DNA of 64,000 nt from Candidatus Omnitrophota bacterium (GTDB taxonomy: Bacteria > Omnitrophota > Gorgyraeia > Zapsychrales > Zapsychraceae). How positions within the stretch are numbered: position 1 is the first letter of the stretch; every line of letters starts with the position of its first letter. Position numbers and translations under genes: made by a program. The notes beneath the pieces are model-generated. The model saw only the letters and a program-made list of their open reading frames with translations. It was not told where the DNA came from and ran no database searches. This document shows, one piece after another, positions 56,015 to 64,000 of this stretch. The stretch is from positions 2,442-66,441 of the forward strand of contig JAGQKV010000003.1 of assembly GCA_020429915.1 (NCBI GenBank). The letters are read 5' to 3'.

Positions 56015-59000
56015 ATGACGTCATCGCCAACGCACCCGAAATTCCGCTTTAGCCTGCCGTTTCGGCTGATCGCCCAAGTGTTGATTGTGTGCCTCGTCGG
56101 TACGGGCATCCCCGCGCCGCGGGAGGCGCACGGCCGCACGGCGCCGGAGATCCCGCGTCTGGGCGAACTGGTCCCGGCCAGCCCGGACTATGCCCCGCCG
56201 ACCTTGGCCGGACTGAAGATCTATCCGGACAATCCGTTCCGTTTCGATTTTCTCATCGATCCGGGGGATTCCCGTTTGACACAGGAGGCGCAGCGCGATG
56301 AATTCACCCGTCTTATCAAATACTTTCTGGCGGCGCTGACCATCCCCGAGGGCGATCTGTGGGTGAATCTCTCGCCGTTCGAGAAAGACCGCATCATGAC
56401 CGACGCCTTTGGCCGTACCCAGATGGGGCGCGATATGTTGGTTCAGGATTACATGCTCAAGCAGATGTCCGCCTCGGTGATCTATCCGGAGAGCGAGGTC
56501 GGGGAAAACTACTGGCGCGAGGTGTTCGCGCGCTTCAATCAGGAATTCGGTTCCTCCGAGGTGCCCGTGGAGATGGTCAACAAGGTTTGGGTCGTACCGC
56601 GGGATGCCGAGCTGTACGTTGAGGACGGCCGCGTGCTGATCACCGAAAGCCGCCTGGAGGTGATGCTCGGCGAGGATTATCAGGCGCGCCTGCGCGAAGA
56701 CGCCGTCACGGGTGAGTCTGTGGAGGCGGAGGTCTCCGGGGAGACCGCGGCCCGTCAGGAATTGTGGCGCCAGCTCTTCCGCGAACACATACTGCCCGAA
56801 GTCGCGCGGGACGTCAACCACGGCCGGAATTTTAACGAACTGCGCCAGATCTACCACGCGGTCATTCTGGCGACGTGGTATCGCCGGCATCTGCGCCAAT
56901 CGCTTTTCGGGCAGATGTATGTCGGCCGCGAAAAGACCGACGGTGTGGACATCGCGGACCGGACGGCCAAAGAGAAGATCTATGAGCAGTACCTGAAAGC
57001 GATCAAGCGCGGGGTCTACGATTACATCAAAGAAGATTTCGATCCCGTCACGCAGGGCATCATCGCACGCCGGTATTTCTCCGGCGGCATCATGTTTTCC
57101 AATCTCGACCGGCGCGAGGGCGTGTACCGCGAGACCCGCGATCCCGGCGTGTTGAGCAAATTGAAGATCACCGCGCGGCAGCATCTCGAGCGCTTGTACT
57201 ATCTGGTATCGTCGGTGGTGATCTCCAAGGAGGGCGTGGCCAGCTACCAGAAGTTGGAGCTGGCCGCCCGTCCGCGGACCGCCGCGCGGATACGTTCCGC
57301 GATTCCGGTCGAACGTCTCAGCCGGCTCTTCCGGCGGACATTCGCCGCGGCACGCTCCAAGGTGCGCGGGGTCGGCCTGCTGGCCGGTGCGGCGTTCCTC
57401 GCGACCACGCTCGGCATGGGCCAGCCTGTTCAGGCGGCCGAGTATACCTATGACGACCAGGGACGTTTCGTGGTCGTGGTGGAGCAGGGCGATGACTTCG
57501 GCGAGATCGTGGAAGATTTGCGCGTCGCGCACAAGCGCTATGACAACGCGCGGTACACGCCGCCGTTGCGCGGACAATTTTGGGGCCCGGACGGCGCGGT
57601 CTATGCTATGGCGCGGTTGATGGAACGCGACAATTTAGGCCTGCATCCGGGCGACGTGCTGGTCATCCCCGGGGATGTGATCTCCGAGGCCACGCAGACC
57701 GCTTTGGCCGGGCCGGTACCGTATACACCGCCGATGCTCACCGGACCGCTGGTCGTCGAAGAGCCGGAGCTCGACCTGACGCCGCTGGAACCGGTCAAGC
57801 CCGCCCCGCAACTGCAGGAGTTCACGCCGCCGGACTTCGTCGATACCCCGGCGATCGTCACCGACACCGATACCGACGAAGGCGCTGCCGACCGCATTGT
57901 CGAGGCCGGTAAAGGCGAACGTCTGGACGCGGGCGACAATCGTGAGGAAACACAGATCACCGCGGTCCCTGAGACGTCCCCGGGACTGTTCAACCGCTGG
58001 ACCCTGCTCGGCGTCCTGGGATTGATCGGCGCCGGCGTGATCGGTGTCCTCTTGTACCGCAGCCGCGGCGGACGCGTGTTGTCCGCAGAGGAGGAACAGG
58101 ACGAGCCCGCGGACCTGCCGCAGGAAGACCCCGGACGGCTGGCGCAGCGCCGGATTATTCAGGAGGCCCTGCGCATCCGGTTGCAAAAGTTGAGCCTGAA
58201 CTATTCCGGGCATACCGCCAAACTGCGTCAGGCGGCGGTTGACGTGACACGGCCGCTGGCCGATTATCTCGCGGACCGCTTGAACTCCGTGCTGCCCGAC
58301 GGGCGCGGGGACATCACCGGACTGGTGCAGGAATACGTGACCGCGCCGCTGCGTGACGGAATTGCCGGCGCGATCGACACGGCAGGCGACTTTGAGTCCA
58401 TCGAACGAAATCTCGACGCGTGGACCGACGGACTGGCCGGGACCATTCTGGAGCAAGATCTGCCGGTGGCAGAGGTCGAGCGCCGTATCAACGCCTATAT
58501 ACAGGAAGAACTGGACCCGCTTTTCGCCGCTGCTGAGTCCGCGGCGGTGTCCCGGGTCTCCGCCGAATTGTTCAGCGCCGAATGGATGAACGTTTATCAG
58601 GCGCGCATCGAGAGTCTGCTGCGCCGTCGCCTGGCGGATCAAGACGGGCTCAACGACCTGCCCGGTTTCCTCAGCGAAACCGCGACTGCGTTGACGCAGC
58701 TGTTCCGTGAAGAAGGATTGATCACCGGCGCCGACAGTCTCACTTTAAGTGCAGGGTTGTCGGCCGCGCAGGTGGCGGCCGTCATCCGCCGCCACAGTCC
58801 GGAATACCGCGGCATGTTGAACCGGGCCTATGCGCACAGCGAGGCGATCCGCGAAGACATCATTACCGCGCTCTTGGACGGGAATATCCTTCCCGAGGGT
58901 ATCAGCAAGGAAGAGGCACGGGCCTACTTGCGTGACGCCGCCGGGGCTGAACTCGACCGTATTGTGGAAAGTGAATTCGACCGCCGGGCCGGGTACCTGC

Positions 59001-62000
59001 AGGTGGAGGCGCGCGTCGATGCCTTTGCCGCGGCCGTGGCCGAAACCTTGGCCGGGGAGGAGCCGGACCTGTCCGCGCAGCAGCGGCTGTTGCGCGGCTT
59101 TATCGATTTTGAACTGCGCGATACCGTGACTGCCGCGGTGGCGGCGGCTGAGGAGGCATTGCGCGCGCAGTTGTTCGGCGCCGACATGCCGCTCGTGTAC
59201 CGGGCCGCCATGGAGAAGGCGGTGCGCACCGAAGTGGCCGTGGCCAACGGGGCGCCCGTCAATCCGGCGTTGATGTTCGCGCAGGCCGTGGAAAATGTAC
59301 TCACCGCGCTGAAGGACGACATGAAACTGATCGGCCAGGCGATCATCCCGCCGCCCGAAGAATTGCTCGCGGCGGTCGGTGCCCTGTTCCCTGAACCCGT
59401 GACCGCCGGCGTCCCGGATGACCGGCGCCTGCGCGCGCCGCCGTTCGAAATCACCCGCGCCGACATCGCGGCCGCCGCGGCCGCTGTTACCATTTATCTC
59501 GGCGGAGACGGTTCCGCCGCCGAAGGTCTGTTGCTGGCCGCCAGTCCGCTGTTATTCCGCGCCGGCGTGACCGCGTCGTACTGGCTGCATGAACTCACGC
59601 ACGTCGCCGCGGCCGGCCCCTCCGCCGTAACGTCCGCGAACCTGCGCGCCAATGTCCCGTTCGGCGACTGGCTGCGGATGCTCGTCCCGGTCTTCGGGAC
59701 GGTGCCCGGCGACCTGCACGTTAAGGCGCCCAATACATGGTGGAATCATCTTTCGGCTGTGGGCACCAGCCTGGCGCTGACACTCGGTTTGGCCATGACC
59801 GGTTTGTCGGCGGCAGGCGCCCACGCCATCGAACAATTGCAGCTCATTACACCGCTCTTGCTCGGTTCGGCGTTCGTGCTGGCCGGTGCGATACAGACGG
59901 ACGTGATCGATCCGCTGCTCAAGCGTATCAAGCAAGGCGCGAACTGCTGCGGCGTGGCGATCCTGCTCGGCAAACGCAAAGAGAAGGACGAACCGGTCAT
60001 CGCCCGGCGTCTGCTCGGCGTGTACAAGCGGATGGGAGAGATTACCAACATCCGCGGACAGCAGGCGGCCGGCGCGGTCATCTCGGCCCGCAACGCCAAG
60101 GGCATGAGCACATTCGTCGGCGACCGCCGCGTCAACCCCAAGCACGGCGATCTTCCCGAAGGGCTGGAGGGACAAATCCGTCGGCATGTCCGTGCCGCGC
60201 GGGTGAAGGGTTTCGGGGATACCGGGACCACCATGATGTTCGGTCACTACCGGTACGGGACTACCTCGGCCCCGGCCAAGAAGGAAACCCATCCGCACCG
60301 TTTCGTCGAACCGCGCGACGTTCGCTACTGGGAAGTCAGCGATGGACGACTGGAGGCACAGACGCGCGAACTCGAGATTTACATCGTGCACAACGGGGAC
60401 TTTAATTACTGGACCATGTACGGGACCAAGCACGGTAATTCGCACATCGGCTTTTGGCTCGAACACGTGCTGGGTGTGGTCGACGAGACCCAGGGTGACT
60501 CGCCCAAGATCTCCGGGATGATGAACTTGCTGCGCACGCAGGGCATCTTCGGAGCGTCGGCGCGACTGGCGTATTACACGCAGATCGCCACCCGCATCGA
60601 AGACGTGTTCGGCGGACAGCATCCCGCCGACATCCTGCCGGATTTTTCCAAGAGCCTGGTCCAGCCGTCGGAAGATTACATTTTCAAGAAGACCATGGAG
60701 GCGAAACGCAACGCGCCCAATACCGCGCTCACTCAGGACGAGATCGCGGAGTTGGGTAAAGTGTTCGACGACCTGTTCACAGAGTCGGGTGAATCGTTGC
60801 TGACCTCCGGAGCGGCCCGGCTTGCCGACATGTGGGTCAGCCGCGAACAGGCCGCCCGCGGCGACGAAGTCCTCACCGCGCAGCGGGCCCGCATCGACGC
60901 CTTCGCGGCGCGCGCGGCCGAACGGCTGGCCGGAGTGCCGCTGACCGCGGCGTGGAGCATCGAACAGCGCGACCGTTTTATCGAGGCGACGCTCGAGGCG
61001 TTCTTCATGAACGATGAATTCACCGCCGTGCGCAGATTTTTGGAAGGCGCGCAGGGGTCGTTCGGCATGGGCCTGGCGACCTCGCTCAATCCCGGCGGGG
61101 TGGTGGTGGCCGCCGACGGACAGCCGCTGGCCGTGGGGATGGACACCGCCCGCGAGAATATCCTGATCGCGTCGGAATTCTCTGCGCTCAAAGTACCCGT
61201 CGATGAAGACGGCACCCGCCTCGATTACCGCTTCGCTCTGAAACAAGAGCCCGGCAAGGGCGAGATCGTGGCCATCGCACCGGACGGGCGGCTGCAGGTC
61301 TATTCGCGCGAACGCCGCTCCATGATCAACGAGGGAGAAATCACCCGCCGGCTGGTCCCGCTCAAGAATAATCCTTACATCACGGAACTGGCTGTGCTGG
61401 ACCAGGAGGATCCCGTCGGCAAAGATATCGCCGAGACGGCCGCGGTCCTGGGGCATATCCGCGACGAATGGACCGATCCGGATTCGATGAATCGCCAGAG
61501 CCTCGCGGGCCTGCAGGAACAGATCATCCGCAAACACATCCTGCGCCGCATCAAAAAGACGTCGGCCGCTTACGCCGGCATTCACAATGCGCTCAGCCGC
61601 AAGGCGCGCGCCGCAGTGCGCGACAGATTAAACGGTTATCTGCGCGCCGAACTCGGCGAACGCATCCCTCTCGACGAAGAACTCTGGAAGAAGCTCGGCA
61701 TGGACCGTTTCACCGGTGAGGTGCAGCACCTGGTAGAGATTGCTCTGGACCAGGCCTTTGCCTGGCACGAGATCAATGAACACATCGGGGCCAAGGCCGC
61801 TGTTTTCGCGCGCCGCCACTCCGTCGGCGTACTCAGCCTGGACCAGCTTCAGGACGAGATCCATCTCTATGTCGACCACCTGCTCAAGGACACGATCGAA
61901 GCGGAACTGCAGCGTGCGCAAAGTATGGTCGATGAGATCATCGCCCATTGGCAGCCGGTGATCGCCGCGGAGATCGTCTTTGAATGGACACGCGCCAAGG

Positions 62001-64000
62001 CCCAGCAGCGCACCGGGGACCTTTCCCCGATCGGCCGTCAGGCGATCGCTCAGTGGAAGGGGATTTGGCGGAAACTCAACATCCGCCTGACCATGCCGCC
62101 GGAGACGCCGAAGACCGATGTGCTGGTGACCGGACTGGAAACGAGCCTGTGGATGGGCGAACAGTTCGCGCAGGACCTGCAACGGATGTTTCCGGAGATG
62201 GTCGTGCGCAGTGAGTCGGCCAACAAGCTGCTCGAGGATCCGCTGTCTACCGGACTCGATGAGGATACCATTGTGATCGCGGTCAGCCAGTCGGGACAGA
62301 CCTTTCCGTCGCTCAACGCGACCATCCTGCTTGACAAGATCACCCGCCACAAAGTCTTTGTGGTCACCGGTGAATACGACACGCTGATGGGGCAGGCCGT
62401 CGGCCAGGATTTCCAGCCCGACGCGCGTTTCAGCGGCCGCATCTTTTCCAACTTTACCGGCTTCCGCCACGCGGAGGCCTCCTCGGTGACGGCCACGGCC
62501 ACGCATGCCACCTTCACCGAAATGTTGATTTATCTTGCTGAGGGACTCCACGACCGGTTTCCCTACGATTCCCCATACGGACTCGCGATTGAAGAAGGCG
62601 ACGTGGCCGACGTGAAGGCCGCCCGTGACCGCGCGCTGGAAGAGACCGCGCGCATCACCGGCAAGGACGCCGACGGAAAGACGCTGGAAAGTCCGGAACG
62701 CAGCCAGATCCTCCAACAGGCGCGCAACTGGGCGCGCAACGTCCTGGACGCGCCGCTGGCGGTGATCCTCTCGAAGATCAACCTGTACGTGACGGTGGTC
62801 AGCGGGTTCTTCGTCTTTCTGTCGATCGCCAAGAGCCTGCCGCTGGTCGGCGGGCTGGCCGGGACGGTCTTTATCGCCAGCTTCCTGCAGGCGATGTACT
62901 ACGATTACTTCTCGGCAGGCATGAATTACCTGTTGCGCAAGATCACCGGCCGCGAGATGCTCGACCGCATCGGCAAGCGCACCGTAGTCATCGGCGACAA
63001 GGCCTATGTCCATCAGTCGCTGGAGGCGTTTTTATCGAAACTCAACTCGCTCAGCCGCGGTATCGTGGGTGTCGAGGTGCACGGCGCCAATCCGGGTGAT
63101 CACATGATCTCGCGTTTCGGGCACCGCGTGGTGCGCGGGACCATGATCTGGATCGGCGTCCCTGACGGACGCATGCCGGGACTGCGCCAGAAACAGGCGA
63201 GTGTCGAGATGACCGCCAAACAGGGCAAGGGCGTGCGCAACCGCATTTTTGGCCGCGGCATCGGTCCCAACGTGGTGACCGTCGGACGCCGGCGCGTGCA
63301 CAATCCCAACGTGGCCGACAGCACCATCATTCTGAACGGGGAGGTGAAGACGGACAAGCCGGCCCTGGAGACGTTTGTCGAGAACCGCTTCGATTCGATG
63401 ACCCGGCTGGTCGCCGGGCAGGTGTTCTTTCACGCGATGCAGCGGCGCGTGGCCACCGCCGGCCTGAGCAAACCGTGGCGCTGGCTGTGGTACTGGCGCT
63501 GGAATATTCACCGCACGCAGAGCGGACCGCGTATCGCCACTACGCAGAGTCCGGTCGATGCCGAGATCCTGGAACAACTCGAGGACCGTCCCATTTATCC
63601 CGCGGCGGGCGTGCGCGAGGTCATCCGCCGGCCCGACGGCGGACATCGTTACGACAGAGATACGAACCCGGTCGACGGGGGAGACGCGGCCCTGTTGGCA
63701 GAGCCGGCAACCGTGACCGGGGGCGACGAAGTCGGGGGTATCGACTTGCGCGGCGGGACCGTCGAACTCAATATCACCGAAGGTCTCCCGACGGTACCGG
63801 CCGACACCCTCCCGGCCGGATTTACCATCGATCCTCTGATTATCGAAACGCTCCCGGTCAACGGTTTCACGCCGCTGATCATCGACGTCAGGCCTATCAA
63901 CGCGATTTACTTCCTCGGAGAAGGGGACAGTGATCGCGATCAGCCCCGGCCCCGGTCCCGCTTAGGCGGACCGGTGGCCGGATACATGGCGGAGGAAGCC
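56015..64000 (+). CDS. Giant multi-domain, membrane-associated protein. At least 2,662 aa are in the window and the 3' end runs off the window. It contains a GlmS-like glutamine amidotransferase class II + SIS module and is not present in the supplied ORF track.
   Basis: Manual triplet-by-triplet reading from ATG 56015 (SD AGGAG 9 nt upstream; in-frame TGA upstream at 55838-55840). No TAA/TAG/TGA occurs in 2,662 consecutive codons to nt 64000, whereas about 65 stops would be expected by chance at this GC. GC-rich third positions are consistent with the other genes. N-terminal signal/TM (FRLIAQVLIVCLVGTGIPAP) and a TM at about 57990-58060 (WTLLGVLGLIGAGVIGVLLY). Ntn-GATase motifs CCGVAILLG, GFGDTGTTMMFGHYRYGT...HPH and IYIVHNGDFNY. 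SIS motif VIAVSQSGQT. Confidence 0.8.
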   Translation, partial: MTSSPTHPKFRFSLPFRLIAQVLIVCLVGTGIPAPREAHGRTAPEIPRLGELVPASPDYAPPTLAGLKIYPDNPFRFDFLIDPGDSRLTQEAQRDEFTRLIKYFLAALTIPEGDLWVNLSPFEKDRIMTDAFGRTQMGRDMLVQDYMLKQMSASVIYPESEVGENYWREVFARFNQEFGSSEVPVEMVNKVWVVPRDAELYVEDGRVLITESRLEVMLGEDYQARLREDAVTGESVEAEVSGETAARQELWRQLFREHILPEVARDVNHGRNFNELRQIYHAVILATWYRRHLRQSLFGQMYVGREKTDGVDIADRTAKEKIYEQYLKAIKRGVYDYIKEDFDPVTQGIIARRYFSGGIMFSNLDRREGVYRETRDPGVLSKLKITARQHLERLYYLVSSVVISKEGVASYQKLELAARPRTAARIRSAIPVERLSRLFRRTFAAARSKVRGVGLLAGAAFLATTLGMGQPVQAAEYTYDDQGRFVVVVEQGDDFGEIVEDLRVAHKRYDNARYTPPLRGQFWGPDGAVYAMARLMERDNLGLHPGDVLVIPGDVISEATQTALAGPVPYTPPMLTGPLVVEEPELDLTPLEPVKPAPQLQEFTPPDFVDTPAIVTDTDTDEGAADRIVEAGKGERLDAGDNREETQITAVPETSPGLFNRWTLLGVLGLIGAGVIGVLLYRSRGGRVLSAEEEQDEPADLPQEDPGRLAQRRIIQEALRIRLQKLSLNYSGHTAKLRQAAVDVTRPLADYLADRLNSVLPDGRGDITGLVQEYVTAPLRDGIAGAIDTAGDFESIERNLDAWTDGLAGTILEQDLPVAEVERRINAYIQEELDPLFAAAESAAVSRVSAELFSAEWMNVYQARIESLLRRRLADQDGLNDLPGFLSETATALTQLFREEGLITGADSLTLSAGLSAAQVAAVIRRHSPEYRGMLNRAYAHSEAIREDIITALLDGNILPEGISKEEARAYLRDAAGAELDRIVESEFDRRAGYLQVEARVDAFAAAVAETLAGEEPDLSAQQRLLRGFIDFELRDTVTAAVAAAEEALRAQLFGADMPLVYRAAMEKAVRTEVAVANGAPVNPALMFAQAVENVLTALKDDMKLIGQAIIPPPEELLAAVGALFPEPVTAGVPDDRRLRAPPFEITRADIAAAAAAVTIYLGGDGSAAEGLLLAASPLLFRAGVTASYWLHELTHVAAAGPSAVTSANLRANVPFGDWLRMLVPVFGTVPGDLHVKAPNTWWNHLSAVGTSLALTLGLAMTGLSAAGAHAIEQLQLITPLLLGSAFVLAGAIQTDVIDPLLKRIKQGANCCGVAILLGKRKEKDEPVIARRLLGVYKRMGEITNIRGQQAAGAVISARNAKGMSTFVGDRRVNPKHGDLPEGLEGQIRRHVRAARVKGFGDTGTTMMFGHYRYGTTSAPAKKETHPHRFVEPRDVRYWEVSDGRLEAQTRELEIYIVHNGDFNYWTMYGTKHGNSHIGFWLEHVLGVVDETQGDSPKISGMMNLLRTQGIFGASARLAYYTQIATRIEDVFGGQHPADILPDFSKSLVQPSEDYIFKKTMEAKRNAPNTALTQDEIAELGKVFDDLFTESGESLLTSGAARLADMWVSREQAARGDEVLTAQRARIDAFAARAAERLAGVPLTAAWSIEQRDRFIEATLEAFFMNDEFTAVRRFLEGAQGSFGMGLATSLNPGGVVVAADGQPLAVGMDTARENILIASEFSALKVPVDEDGTRLDYRFALKQEPGKGEIVAIAPDGRLQVYSRERRSMINEGEITRRLVPLKNNPYITELAVLDQEDPVGKDIAETAAVLGHIRDEWTDPDSMNRQSLAGLQEQIIRKHILRRIKKTSAAYAGIHNALSRKARAAVRDRLNGYLRAELGERIPLDEELWKKLGMDRFTGEVQHLVEIALDQAFAWHEINEHIGAKAAVFARRHSVGVLSLDQLQDEIHLYVDHLLKDTIEAELQRAQSMVDEIIAHWQPVIAAEIVFEWTRAKAQQRTGDLSPIGRQAIAQWKGIWRKLNIRLTMPPETPKTDVLVTGLETSLWMGEQFAQDLQRMFPEMVVRSESANKLLEDPLSTGLDEDTIVIAVSQSGQTFPSLNATILLDKITRHKVFVVTGEYDTLMGQAVGQDFQPDARFSGRIFSNFTGFRHAEASSVTATATHATFTEMLIYLAEGLHDRFPYDSPYGLAIEEGDVADVKAARDRALEETARITGKDADGKTLESPERSQILQQARNWARNVLDAPLAVILSKINLYVTVVSGFFVFLSIAKSLPLVGGLAGTVFIASFLQAMYYDYFSAGMNYLLRKITGREMLDRIGKRTVVIGDKAYVHQSLEAFLSKLNSLSRGIVGVEVHGANPGDHMISRFGHRVVRGTMIWIGVPDGRMPGLRQKQASVEMTAKQGKGVRNRIFGRGIGPNVVTVGRRRVHNPNVADSTIILNGEVKTDKPALETFVENRFDSMTRLVAGQVFFHAMQRRVATAGLSKPWRWLWYWRWNIHRTQSGPRIATTQSPVDAEILEQLEDRPIYPAAGVREVIRRPDGGHRYDRDTNPVDGGDAALLAEPATVTGGDEVGGIDLRGGTVELNITEGLPTVPADTLPAGFTIDPLIIETLPVNGFTPLIIDVRPINAIYFLGEGDSDRDQPRPRSRLGGPVAGYMAEEA

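Noticed and set aside
56021-63646. Long minus-strand ORFs in the track (56021-57577, 57635-58642, 58924-59493, 59552-61585, 61628-63013, 63032-63646)
   Set aside because: They are antisense shadow frames of the high-GC giant + strand gene. Their products are low-complexity (R/G/A/P-rich) with no motifs or RBSs, and the sense frame carries recognisable domains and zero stops over 8 kb.
1-64000. Search for CRISPR arrays, rRNA genes, IS/transposase or integrase genes, and phage genes
   Set aside because: No direct-repeat/spacer arrays, no rRNA-like conserved stretches, and no transposase, integrase or phage-structural motifs were found in any frame. The only RNA gene recognised is tRNA-Gln.

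Overview
This 64 kb window is high-GC (about 60-65%) and comes from a diderm bacterium: BamA, Skp, LpxD, an LpxC-FabZ fusion, LpxA, LpxI and LolCDE are all present. About 70 tightly packed, often overlapping genes lie almost entirely on the + strand. Only two genes are on the - strand (10381-10563 and 13430-15013).

Most of the content is housekeeping and sits in Firmicutes-like syntenic blocks:
- spoVG, tRNA-Gln, glmU, prs, rplY(ctc), pth
- rpsF, ssb, rpsR, rplI, dnaB
- bamA, skp, lpxD, lpxC-fabZ, lpxA, lpxI
- lysS, lolE, lolD, ilvE, mcsA, mcsB, clpC, x, radA, yacL, ispD, ispF, cysE, tmk, holB, ricT, metG
- mtnA, thiL, tsaE, tsaB, alr

An accessory-looking cluster sits near the 5' end: a stand-alone receiver domain, an alpha/beta hydrolase, a GH5 glycosidase, SpoU and RsuA-family enzymes, an ABC-F ATPase and Smr.

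The standout is a single uninterrupted + strand reading frame from 56015 to the window end at 64000, at least 2,662 codons with no stop. It is absent from the supplied ORF track, which lists only its antisense shadow ORFs. It encodes a giant protein with a signal/TM region, several TM segments, and an embedded GlmS-like glutamine amidotransferase class II + SIS module. Its would-be N-terminal nucleophile Cys is internal.

The gene is preceded by a lower-GC island: a secreted hypothetical protein plus a 550 bp hairpin-rich non-coding region with a consensus-like promoter and two intrinsic terminators. Other notable items are a SpoVG carrying a zinc-ribbon insertion and two untracked small basic ORFs of 33 and 44 aa. 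There are also several near-consensus sigma70 promoters (bamA, lysS, hisG) and an McsA-McsB-ClpC module without CtsR in a diderm background. No rRNA, CRISPR arrays or recognisable mobile elements were seen.
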